A DNA stretch of 64,000 nt from Candidatus Gastranaerophilales bacterium (GTDB lineage: Bacteria > Cyanobacteriota > Vampirovibrionia > Gastranaerophilales > JAILCC01). Position numbers and translations under genes: made by a program. Position 1 is the first letter of the stretch. Every line of letters begins with the position of its first letter. This document shows positions 26,298 through 35,095 of the stretch, piece after piece. The DNA is taken from the NCBI GenBank assembly GCA_028696075.1, contig JAQVHS010000005.1:6656-70655 (forward strand), written 5' to 3'. Below the pieces are notes generated by a model that had not been told where the DNA came from, searched no databases, and saw only the letters and a program-made list of their open reading frames with translations.

Positions 26298-26438
26298 ATT
26301 TTGTATGTTTTATTTATAACCACTATACAAGCTTACAAAAAACCCTCATAATAAAATATTCGATAAAAAGGCTAACAATCAATCTCATCTATACACGCAA
26401 ACTTATTTCGTGTATATTTAGGATGAAAGTTTTATCTT

Positions 26439-26512
26439 GTCCACGTAGTTCAGCAGGATAGAACGTCACCCTCCTAAGGTGGATGTCGCGCGTTCGAATC
26501 GCGCCGTGGACA
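26439..26512 (+). tRNA. tRNA-Arg (anticodon CCU)
   Basis: Manual cloverleaf: acceptor GTCCACG/CGTGGAC, D arm GTTC-AGCAGGATA-GAAC, anticodon loop CTCCTAA, T arm GCGCG-TTCGAAT-CGCGC. Confidence 0.9.
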
Positions 26513-26534
26513 GTTTTCAGAGTTTGGAATAACA

Positions 26535-28076
26535 ATGGTTTCACAAGTTTTTACAGGTACAACCGTTGCAATAGACGGATATAAGATAATTACAGAAGTA
26601 GATATGAACAACTCTATTCCGGGTATTACAATTGTCGGGCTGCCTGATACAGCCGTGAGCGAGGCAAAAGAGCGTATCCGCTCCGCCATAAAAAACTCCG
26701 GCTTTACAATCCCTGCCAAAAAAATCATCATTAATCTTGCCCCTGCGGATATTAAAAAAGAAGGCTCAAGCTTCGACCTTCCTATGGCAATAGGCGTACT
26801 TAGCGCAATAGGTGAAATAGATGAAATGAAGTTAACCGATATTGCTTTTTTAGGCGAACTTTCACTCGATGGCAGCTTAAGAGCAGTAAACGGGGTTTTG
26901 CCCATCGCACTCGGACTAAAAGAGCAGGGAATTCAAAAAATAATAGTACCAAAAGATAACGCAAAAGAAGCAGCTCTAATTGGAGGTATAGCTGTTTATC
27001 CTGCCTCACATCTGAGTGAAGTAATAGAATTTTTATCGACCGAGCAAACAGAAGAATTAAAAATTAACGAGTTCAAAGTCAATATAAATGAATTTTTAAA
27101 CAATGCTTCATCAGCAGTACCATTGTTTGATTTTAAGGATGTCAAAGGACAAACCAAAGCTAAGCGTGCTTTAGAAATAGCAGCTGCAGGCGGACATAAT
27201 ATACTAATGGTAGGCTCCCCGGGAGCAGGTAAAACTCTTTTGTCAAAGTGTTTTACAGGTATATTGCCGCCGCTTGAATCAAGCGAAGCTATTGAACTTA
27301 CCAAAATTTACAGTATAAGCGGACTACTTGACAAAGATGTACCTTTAATAACCCAGAGACCCTTCAGAAGCGTTCACCACAGCGCTTCAGCTATAGGAAT
27401 AATAGGCGGGGGCAGCAATCCAAAACCCGGAGAAATCACACTTGCCCACAGAGGGATTTTGTTTTTGGACGAGGTCGTAGAATTCCCCAGAAGCGTGCTT
27501 GAAGTTCTGCGCCAACCGTTGGAAGACGGCGTAGTAACAATTTCAAGAGCGCAACAGAGCGTCAAATATCCCGCCGATTTTACATTGCTTGCCGCTATGA
27601 ACCCCTGTCCTTGCGGACACTACGGAGATAGCGAAAAACAATGTATATGCCCTGATTTTCAAATACAAAGATACTGGTCAAAACTTTCAGGTCCTCTGCT
27701 TGACAGGATTGATATTCAAATTAATGTACCAAGACTTAAAGAAAGTGAACTGATGGCAAAAACCGAAGCCGAAAGTTCTGCCTCTATAAGAAAAAGAGTA
27801 ATAAAAGCACGTAACATTCAAGTTAAAAGATTTGAAAAGGAAAATATTATCTGCAACTCTCAAATGATTCCAAAACAAATTAAAAAGTACTGCCAACTAA
27901 CTCACGACTGCGAAAACATAATAAAAACCGCAATCACAAAATTCAAACTTTCAGGCAGAGCATTTGACCGTGTATTAAAACTTTCAAGAACAATCGCCGA
28001 CCTTGATAATTCAGATAATATTGCACCAAAACATATTTTAGAAGCAGTACAATACCGAAACCTTGATAGAGAGTAG
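26535..28076 (+). CDS. comM: YifB/ComM family Mg-chelatase-like AAA+ ATPase
   Basis: N-terminal Lon-protease-like domain. Walker A GSPGAGKT. Walker B ILFLDE. C-terminal ChlI-like region. Confidence 0.9.
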   Translation: MVSQVFTGTTVAIDGYKIITEVDMNNSIPGITIVGLPDTAVSEAKERIRSAIKNSGFTIPAKKIIINLAPADIKKEGSSFDLPMAIGVLSAIGEIDEMKLTDIAFLGELSLDGSLRAVNGVLPIALGLKEQGIQKIIVPKDNAKEAALIGGIAVYPASHLSEVIEFLSTEQTEELKINEFKVNINEFLNNASSAVPLFDFKDVKGQTKAKRALEIAAAGGHNILMVGSPGAGKTLLSKCFTGILPPLESSEAIELTKIYSISGLLDKDVPLITQRPFRSVHHSASAIGIIGGGSNPKPGEITLAHRGILFLDEVVEFPRSVLEVLRQPLEDGVVTISRAQQSVKYPADFTLLAAMNPCPCGHYGDSEKQCICPDFQIQRYWSKLSGPLLDRIDIQINVPRLKESELMAKTEAESSASIRKRVIKARNIQVKRFEKENIICNSQMIPKQIKKYCQLTHDCENIIKTAITKFKLSGRAFDRVLKLSRTIADLDNSDNIAPKHILEAVQYRNLDRE

Positions 28077-28226
28077 TGAAGAGGTGAAGGAAGCTGAGAA
28101 AAGTTGTCATGCTGAGGAGCGAAGCGAGCTCAGTATCTTACCGACTCGGGGCTAAGAGGCTGAGAAGCTGAGATTGAGTTTAAGAGTTCATCGCAGCCTT
28201 TTTGCATTGCATCGGCTTGCGCATGC

Positions 28227-28252
28227 AATAAAAAGAGGCTTTTGTAAGCCTC
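28227..28252 (-). terminator. rho-independent terminator (minus strand) after the 28294-28536 gene
   Basis: GAGGCTT / AAGCCTC 7-bp stem with 4-nt loop, followed on the minus strand by TTTTTATT. Confidence 0.55.
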
Positions 28253-28293
28253 AAGTTAAACCCCTATATGAACCCGTTGGAATTAATTTCTTT

Positions 28294-28536
28294 TTAAACA
28301 GGTATATACCTGTAATTCTTGTACGCTGATTTAGCTAACAATTTGTTACCTAAAACATTTAATTTATCTTTCATTTTAAGCATTGCCAGCTTATCATTTG
28401 CAAAATTTTGCATATTAGCTAACATTTTTTGCTCATCAATTTGAGTTTCTTTAAGACTTTCGTGATTTTCAACTTTTAATTCTGCATATTTACGAACTAA
28501 TAGTTTATCAATATGATCTCTTGCTCCAACTGCCAT
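28294..28536 (-). CDS. hypothetical small coiled-coil protein (80 aa from MAVGARD)
   Basis: GGAAGG RBS 9 nt before the ATG at 28536. The longer ORF to 28593 lacks an RBS. Confidence 0.4.
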   Translation of the reverse strand: MAVGARDHIDKLLVRKYAELKVENHESLKETQIDEQKMLANMQNFANDKLAMLKMKDKLNVLGNKLLAKSAYKNYRYIPV

Positions 28537-28664
28537 AGTTAAATTCCTTCCGGGTCTTCCTAATTTCTTCTTTCCATATTTATATAAAAACAAAGTATGA
28601 AAAAAAATTGCGTTTTTGGAAGGAAAATTTTTAAAACAGTGAATTTAAAGGGGTTAAGTCCCTA

Positions 28665-29048
28665 TTAACCTAATGAACTTTGGAAATCTTTTTGTACGTT
28701 CTTTTCAATTTGTTTTTGAACAGATTCCTGCTGGGTTGTAATAGCTGTTACCTGAGTTTGTATATTAGTTCTTTGTAATTCTAAAGCTTTATCCTGATAT
28801 TCAAGTTTTTTCTGTGCCGCCGTGTAATCAGCCTGGAATACTTCCCAGTTAAACGTATCAACATTATCCTCGGCTGCACCTGTTTCCTGCGAAGTCAAAG
28901 CCCATTTTTCCATATATTCTTCCATGAGCTTGCCGCCTTGTAATGTTAATGTTTGTCTTCTTCTGTCTATAACATTTAAAGAAAATTCATAATTTGCCTT
29001 TTGTGCTGTTAAAGTTAGATATGATGCCTGTAAAGCTGCAATGCCCAT
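28665..29048 (-). CDS. hypothetical coiled-coil protein (127 aa)
   Basis: Gln/Thr-rich helical sequence. No family recognised. Confidence 0.45.
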   Translation of the reverse strand: MGIAALQASYLTLTAQKANYEFSLNVIDRRRQTLTLQGGKLMEEYMEKWALTSQETGAAEDNVDTFNWEVFQADYTAAQKKLEYQDKALELQRTNIQTQVTAITTQQESVQKQIEKNVQKDFQSSLG

Positions 29049-29193
29049 GTTTATCTCTCTTTCTTTATATCCTCTGTATATATTATTAAAAACGTTGAGT
29101 ATATATTTATTGCTTATTTAGTATATATTCTGCTTAATATTTTGTTACATTCGGGAAATGCAAGTGTTACAAATTGTTAACAGGAGTACAATC

Positions 29194-29280
29194 ATGTCCT
29201 ATTGCATGTCTGACATGGGTTTTGGCATGTTTTGTAAAGTCATTAATAATAAGTATTTGAAAAAACTTTGTAGTTTTTAA
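29194..29280 (+). CDS. possible 28-aa Met/Cys-rich peptide (MSYCMSDMGFGMFCKVINNKYLKKLCSF)
   Basis: AGGAG RBS 7 nt upstream of the ATG. Below the ORF-track cutoff, translated by eye. Located upstream of yggS. Confidence 0.25.
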   Translation: MSYCMSDMGFGMFCKVINNKYLKKLCSF

Positions 29281-29335
29281 AAATTGTATAATAATATAAT
29301 AATCAGATATGTACAATGAAGCGCCTTTTGAATAA

Positions 29336-29995
29336 ATGAACAATTTAAAAGCCAACTATAATGAAGTATTAGATGAGCTCAAGGAATTTGATTTAAGGAT
29401 AATTGCGGCTTCTAAGTACATAGATGAAAATGGTATAATTGCCGCCTACAATTTGGGGATAAGAGATTTTGGCGAAAACAGAGTGCAAGACGCGCTTAAG
29501 AAGCTGAATAATCTGCCCGATGAAATCAAAAACAATTGTGAATGGCATTTTATTGGACATTTACAATCGAATAAGGTAAGAAAAGTTGTAGCAAATTTTG
29601 ACTATATTCATTCAATTGACAGCCTTGATATCGCACAAACAGTAAATCGTGTGGCAGGCGAGATGAATAAAATTCAAAAAGTGTTACTGGAAGTTAATAT
29701 TTCGCAAGAAAAATCCAAGTGGGGATTGAGCGAAAAGGAGGTATACGACATTTTTGAACAACTGCTGAAATTACCCAATATTAAGGTTATCGGTCTTATG
29801 GGCATGGCAGAGAATACATCAAACGAAGGATTATTAGAAAAAACCTTCACACATTTAGCAAATTTGCAGTATAATATACAACATAAATATCAGGTTGAGT
29901 TTAAAGAGCTGTCTATGGGGATGAGCGGGGATTACAAAGTAGCTGCCAAAGCAGGCTCAACAATGATAAGATTGGGACAAAGATTATTTAAGTGA
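29336..29995 (+). CDS. yggS: YggS-family pyridoxal-phosphate homeostasis protein
   Basis: AASKY (PLP lysine), HFIGHLQSNK and MGMS motifs. Confidence 0.9.
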   Translation: MNNLKANYNEVLDELKEFDLRIIAASKYIDENGIIAAYNLGIRDFGENRVQDALKKLNNLPDEIKNNCEWHFIGHLQSNKVRKVVANFDYIHSIDSLDIAQTVNRVAGEMNKIQKVLLEVNISQEKSKWGLSEKEVYDIFEQLLKLPNIKVIGLMGMAENTSNEGLLEKTFTHLANLQYNIQHKYQVEFKELSMGMSGDYKVAAKAGSTMIRLGQRLFK

Positions 29996-30019
29996 AAAAT
30001 ATAACGGGGAGGATGAACA

Positions 30020-30463
30020 TTGTCAGCATTAGTTAATCAAATTAAGAAGATTTTCGATTTGGGATTAGAGTCAGAAGACGGATTCGACATTTACGATGAA
30101 ATCGGTGAAGAAGTGCAAGAAGAGCCAAAAAAGAGAGAAAAAGAATTAAAAGTAGTAAGACCGATTACAGGTCGCGGCTATGAAGTTATGGTTGTAGAGC
30201 CAAAAAGCTTTGATGATGCTTTATCTATAGCTAAAAACTTGATAGAAAGAAAAACCGTAGTATTAAACGTAGAAATGCTTGACAGCGAACAATCGCAAAG
30301 AGTTGTAGACTTCTTGGCGGGCGCTACTCATGCACTGGAAGGTCATCAACAAAGAATTGGCGACGGTGTATTTATATTTACGCCTAACAACGTAAACATC
30401 AGTGCTGAAAAAGCAAGAGAAAAATCTTTAACGGATGCTTTTTGGAATCCTGCTAAAGGTTAA
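30020..30463 (+). CDS. sepF: cell division protein SepF
   Basis: VVEPKSFDDA..VVLNV..RVVDFLAGATHALEG..FIFTPNNV matches the SepF core. yggS-sepF synteny. TTG start after a GGGGAGGA RBS. Confidence 0.85.
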   Translation: MSALVNQIKKIFDLGLESEDGFDIYDEIGEEVQEEPKKREKELKVVRPITGRGYEVMVVEPKSFDDALSIAKNLIERKTVVLNVEMLDSEQSQRVVDFLAGATHALEGHQQRIGDGVFIFTPNNVNISAEKAREKSLTDAFWNPAKG

Positions 30464-30486
30464 TTAAAATCATTAAAAATATTCCT

Positions 30487-30523
30487 AAAAACAACGACTT
30501 ATTAATTAGGTCGTTGTTTTTGT
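30487..30523 (+). terminator. rho-independent terminator after sepF
   Basis: AAAAACAACGAC / GTCGTTGTTTTT 12-bp stem with 11-nt loop, ending in a T-run. Confidence 0.6.
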
Positions 30524-30549
30524 GTGGAAAATTATATAATAAAAGCCAC

Positions 30550-30627
30550 CTATACAAGCTCGGCTCCAGCTTGACCCAAGCGGATTTTACTCTCTTGCCC
30601 GATTTTGAATGTTTTTAGTGTCGTCAT
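30550..30627 (-). CDS. possible 25-aa peptide (MTTLKTFKIGQESKIRLGQAGAELV)
   Basis: GAGGA RBS about 6 nt upstream. GC-richer than its surroundings. Translated by eye. Divergent from the HTH gene at 30752. Confidence 0.2.
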   Translation of the reverse strand: MTTLKTFKIGQESKIRLGQAGAELV

Positions 30628-30751
30628 ATTGTTTCCTCAGTTATTACACTATACTTAACCTTATCAAACTTAAAACAAATATTTATTTCATTATAGTTTG
30701 ATAATATACGCAAAAACATTTATTGTCAACATTCATTTATAATGAACAATT

Positions 30752-30958
30752 ATGGATGTAAAAAATGAAATAAAATCATTAATAGCTAAACGGGGAATGA
30801 CTTTAAAGCAAGTTTGCCAAATTTTGAGTGAAAAAACGGGAAAAAGTTATTCGGGAAATAACATTACTAATAAATTGAGAAGAAAAACCATTAAGTTTGA
30901 AGAAGTCCAACTTATATTTGCAATATTAGGCTATAAATTAGAGTACTCAGAACAGTAA
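30752..30958 (+). CDS. small HTH-like DNA-binding protein (68 aa)
   Basis: KRGMTLKQVCQILSEKTGKSYSGNNITNKL resembles a helix-turn-helix of phage-repressor/Cro type. Confidence 0.45.
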   Translation: MDVKNEIKSLIAKRGMTLKQVCQILSEKTGKSYSGNNITNKLRRKTIKFEEVQLIFAILGYKLEYSEQ

Positions 30959-31016
30959 AGCTGCTTTAGGTATTCATCTTGTTCTATTACAACTTACCCG
31001 CCGGGCTTCCATACCT

Positions 31017-31619
31017 CTATTGCGCCAATTGAATATACTTGGAAGTAAGCAGGTTTTCGATTTGACCTGCTTTAATAGCAGCTTCTATGGTGTTTAATAC
31101 TTCTTCCAACTCTGCTTTTGAATATTTTTTTAGCGGATTGCATAATTTTGGCAGTTTAAGGTCTTTGGTTGTTTTAATGTTTACAAAATAATGGTTGATA
31201 TCTAAGAAATTCTCATATTCTGCGACTATAATTTTATAAACAGGGTTTATTTTTTGGGTGGCAAAGGGGCTTTTTTCGTGCATAGTCAGGAATTTTGCCA
31301 AGCTTTTGACTTCTGCTGTTACTTCGCTGCTGCGGCAATATTCTTCATCAAGACCGTAGAAATCATTGCCTTCAATTGATTTTGCTTCGTCAAAATACAG
31401 GTTTAAATATGCCGCATACAGCATACAGCCCAGATAAAACGCTGCAACGTTATCAGCTAAACGGAAAAGGGAAGGCTCAAGCGCTTTGTATTTTTGTTTT
31501 CTTTGAGAAATATTTTTGAACTTGCGGACTTCACCCTCAATATAATCATAACTTTCGCCAAAAGCTAAAACATAAGGCGCAAAACCCGGATCAAATTTAA
31601 CTGAAGTATTTTCACTCAT
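31017..31619 (-). CDS. hypothetical protein (200 aa)
   Basis: Clean ORF in an operon position upstream of nothing recognisable. No motif identified. Confidence 0.45.
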   Translation of the reverse strand: MSENTSVKFDPGFAPYVLAFGESYDYIEGEVRKFKNISQRKQKYKALEPSLFRLADNVAAFYLGCMLYAAYLNLYFDEAKSIEGNDFYGLDEEYCRSSEVTAEVKSLAKFLTMHEKSPFATQKINPVYKIIVAEYENFLDINHYFVNIKTTKDLKLPKLCNPLKKYSKAELEEVLNTIEAAIKAGQIENLLTSKYIQLAQ

Positions 31620-31638
31620 ATTAATCCCCTCAAATAAA

Positions 31639-32655
31639 TTAACTGTTTATTTTTTTAAGGTATAGTTCCTGAATTACAACATACAACGCCGCTGCAATTG
31701 CAGGGGAAAGAATAACTCCGAACACGCCCAACGTAACGCTTGCAATTAATATTGCACTGATTATAACGATAGGAGGCATATCCAGGAACTTGCCGTAGAC
31801 AAACGGTGTAATAAGATTTTCCACCCTTTGAATAACTAAATAAGCTATAATTACACCGAGTGCAAGCCATGGATTAATCATAAATGCTAAAATTACAGCC
31901 GGCACCGCCGATAAAATCGGACCTATAATAGGTACAATCTCCAATATTCCTGCTATTATCCCAAGCAAAAGCGCAAACGGGATTCCCATCAGGTGCATTA
32001 TTACCCCTGTAATCAAACCGACTAAAAACATTATCATAAGCTGCCCTCTGACGTAACCGCCTAATCTTGTTGTTATATTTTCAGCGATTTTGCTTATTTG
32101 CTCACGTTTGTTTTTGGGAAAGAAGCTTAATATTCCCTGTTTAATTTCATCTTTATCAATCAAAATAAACAATACTATAGCTGCTAATGTGAAAAACCCG
32201 ACTATCATTCCAAACAACATCATGGTAAAGTCAAGTGATTTTAGCACAAGGCTTTCGCTGTAGTTTAACACTTTGGATAAGATTTCATGGTTTGATGGCA
32301 GGAAGTTTGAAATATAAGAACTTTTGTACGTTGCAAGTAACGCTTGTATTTTATTTATAATTTTCGGCAAATGGTTTATAAGTTCATGGATTTGGTCTAC
32401 CAATAAATATAAAAACGGAACAAGGATTGTTATTACGATTACTAAAATAGCTATAAAAATCAAGGTAATTGCCCAGGCTTTCGGCATTCTTTTGCCCAAA
32501 AAATCTACCAGCGGAAACAAAGCGCTGGAGAGAATATATGCTGCAAATAAAAACAACAGAATATCTTTTATTAAAAATATTCCTATGCACAAAAGGATTA
32601 AGCCCAGAATAACCATTAAGGTTTTAAGTGAAATTACAACTTTTATTTCATTCAT
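31639..32655 (-). CDS. AI-2E family (PerM/UPF0118) transporter
   Basis: 338 aa, about 8 TM. Conserved LLGIIAGILEIVPIIGP segment typical of the family. Confidence 0.8.
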   Translation of the reverse strand: MNEIKVVISLKTLMVILGLILLCIGIFLIKDILLFLFAAYILSSALFPLVDFLGKRMPKAWAITLIFIAILVIVITILVPFLYLLVDQIHELINHLPKIINKIQALLATYKSSYISNFLPSNHEILSKVLNYSESLVLKSLDFTMMLFGMIVGFFTLAAIVLFILIDKDEIKQGILSFFPKNKREQISKIAENITTRLGGYVRGQLMIMFLVGLITGVIMHLMGIPFALLLGIIAGILEIVPIIGPILSAVPAVILAFMINPWLALGVIIAYLVIQRVENLITPFVYGKFLDMPPIVIISAILIASVTLGVFGVILSPAIAAALYVVIQELYLKKINS

Positions 32656-32670
32656 GTTTATCTCCGTTTT

Positions 32671-33258
32671 TTAAGTAACTTTTATAACAACTTGGGTGTG
32701 AAATTCTTTTTCCATAAGGAGTTTTTTCTTAGCAAAAATTTTCACATCCGGGAAGTAACCTTTTTGCAGCACCTCAAGAAGTAAGTACAGTATTTTATTC
32801 TCATTGTCAAGCTCAAAGTAGATATTTTTAACAAGCTCAAGGTGTTCTCTGTCTAAAACATCCGCTAAGCGCAAAATTCCCGCCAGAATTTTTACTGTTT
32901 TTTGCTCTGATTTCTCAAGATTTCTAAAATCTTTATCGTCTTTTTTAGGTATTTCGCCTGAATGATATCGGGCAACTAATGCAATAATTTCCAGCTCTGC
33001 GGGGGTTAAATTTTTTATCCTTGCAAAGTCAGACTCTTTGATAACTTTATAGCTGTTTAAATAGTGTTTGCTTGAGCCTATTATCCTGCCGATATCGTGA
33101 TATTTTGCAGCGAGGGTTAAATAGTTCAATTCTTTTTCTTCAAAATCATGAAAAGCTTTTGTTTCTTCAAAAATCAGCCTGCTCAAAAACACAACTTGTT
33201 TTGCATGGGATTTTTCATTTTCGCTATAAGTATTATATACAGACTCCAAATCAAACAT
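32671..33258 (-). CDS. HD-domain phosphohydrolase
   Basis: YHDIGR and ARYHSG motifs (H..HD..D pattern). Confidence 0.7.
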   Translation of the reverse strand: MFDLESVYNTYSENEKSHAKQVVFLSRLIFEETKAFHDFEEKELNYLTLAAKYHDIGRIIGSSKHYLNSYKVIKESDFARIKNLTPAELEIIALVARYHSGEIPKKDDKDFRNLEKSEQKTVKILAGILRLADVLDREHLELVKNIYFELDNENKILYLLLEVLQKGYFPDVKIFAKKKLLMEKEFHTQVVIKVT

Positions 33259-33602
33259 TAAATCTTTTCTATGCTTGCTTTAATCTCTTCACGGGTTAAC
33301 CCTGTAGATTCAAGAGATTTCATAAAATTTTCCGCTACACTTTTTTGTACACTGGAAGGCACCACTCTTAACAGCTCTATTGCTTTTGAAATAACAGGGT
33401 CTTTGTCATACCAGCGTTTTCCGCCATCTACGGGTTTTACCATGCTGTAAAACCTGTCTACGGTTTCTTTTCCTGCCTGAGCTTCGATTTTTTCAAGAAA
33501 AATTGCCGCCTGCGCTTTAAGTTCATCCTGATAGTTTCTTAAAATTTCAATTACTTCAAGCAAGGTTGGGTCATAATCGTACCATCTTTTGTATTTTTTC
33601 AT
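33258..33602 (-). CDS. hypothetical protein with internal duplication (KRWYDxDP..IE[IL]LR twice)
   Basis: The two halves share the KRWYD[YK]DP motif at residues about 5 and 62. Confidence 0.5.
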   Translation of the reverse strand: MKKYKRWYDYDPTLLEVIEILRNYQDELKAQAAIFLEKIEAQAGKETVDRFYSMVKPVDGGKRWYDKDPVISKAIELLRVVPSSVQKSVAENFMKSLESTGLTREEIKASIEKI

Positions 33603-33603
33603 C

Positions 33604-34938
33604 TTATAGCCCTGTTGTTTTAATAACCTGATTATCTAACAAATTAGAATTTTGTTCAATTCTCTTAATATTTGCGCCTAAAAGACTGAGTTTCTCTTCC
33701 AGTTTTTCATAACCTCTATCGATATGATGAATATCCGTAATTGCAGTTGTACCGTTGGCGGCAAGCCCTGCTATTACCATTGCGGCTCCTGCCCTGAGGT
33801 CGCTGGCTTTTACTTGTGTACCGGTAAGTTCTCTGACACCTTTTACTATAGCATGCAAACCTTCATGCTGTATATCCGCCCCCATCCTTCTAAGTTCCGG
33901 AATTTGCATAAATCGGTTTTCATACAGGCTTTCCGTAATGATACTTATGCCGTCCGCTAAAGTTAAAACACTCATCATAGGCGCCTGCATATCCGTCGGA
34001 AATCCGGGATACGGCTGCGTAACAAGGTCTATAGCCTTTAATTGTTTATCTTTTGATATTCTCAAAGAATAAGGGTCAACAACCTCTATATTTGTTCCTA
34101 TTTCAATTAATTTGTTTGTAAAAAATGTTATATGAGAAGGCAAAACATTTCTTACGACGACATCTCCGCCTGCTGCAGCCACGGCACAAATATATGTTCC
34201 CGCTTCTATTCTGTCGGGTATCGTTGAATATTCGACCCCTCTTAGTCTGCTGCGTTCCACTCCGTTTATAATTAATTCGGAGCTTCCCGCGCCTACTATA
34301 TCAGCTCCCATCACGTTTAAGAAGTTTGCCAAATCTATAATTTCAGGCTCTTGCGCAGCGTTTTTTATCCGGGTTACACCGTTAGCGAAGATGGAAGCCA
34401 GCATTATATTTTCTGTAGCGCCTACAGACGGTATGTCTAAAAATATATCGGCTCCGTTTAATTCCGCTGCTTTTGCTATAACATAACCGTTTTCTATGAC
34501 TACCTCCGCACCAAGCTGCTGTAGTCCTTTTATATGAAAATCAACACGCCGTTCGCCTATAGCGCAGCCGCCCGGCAGGGCTACTTTTGCTTCACCGCAA
34601 CGACTTAATAATGCGCCTAAAACATTGAATGACGCTCTCATTTTGCTTACAAAAGCATAATCCGCCGTGCAGTTTGTAATATCTGCCGCATTGATTTCTA
34701 TTGATTGTGAAGCCTTGCAATACTTGGTTTTTGCGCCTAAACAGTTAATAACTTCAAGCATTGTTTCAACGTCCGATAAATCAGGAACGTTATGTATAAT
34801 GCAGACATCTTTCACCAAAAGAGCTGCTGCCATAAGTTTAAGCACGGCATTTTTTGCCCCGCCTATGTGAACTTCTCCGTGCAGTTTATTCCCGCCTTCT
34901 ATTAAAATTTGTTTAGTCAATTCTTCTCTCAAGTACAC
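33604..34938 (-). CDS. murA: UDP-N-acetylglucosamine 1-carboxyvinyltransferase
   Basis: GAKNAVLK N-terminus. Active-site loop PGGCAIGERRVD. 444 aa. Confidence 0.95.
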   Translation of the reverse strand: MYLREELTKQILIEGGNKLHGEVHIGGAKNAVLKLMAAALLVKDVCIIHNVPDLSDVETMLEVINCLGAKTKYCKASQSIEINAADITNCTADYAFVSKMRASFNVLGALLSRCGEAKVALPGGCAIGERRVDFHIKGLQQLGAEVVIENGYVIAKAAELNGADIFLDIPSVGATENIMLASIFANGVTRIKNAAQEPEIIDLANFLNVMGADIVGAGSSELIINGVERSRLRGVEYSTIPDRIEAGTYICAVAAAGGDVVVRNVLPSHITFFTNKLIEIGTNIEVVDPYSLRISKDKQLKAIDLVTQPYPGFPTDMQAPMMSVLTLADGISIITESLYENRFMQIPELRRMGADIQHEGLHAIVKGVRELTGTQVKASDLRAGAAMVIAGLAANGTTAITDIHHIDRGYEKLEEKLSLLGANIKRIEQNSNLLDNQVIKTTGL

Positions 34939-35095
34939 CCTACATTACAATTTTATTACTCTAATCGAAATAAGTAAAGAAAAAGTTAATGTTTACAAGA
35001 CATTGCTGTAAAAAAATGTAACAATATTATTGTAAACTGACAAAAAATATATTTATCTGTCTCTATAGTGGCAGAGGGAAAAAAAAGAGGTATTT

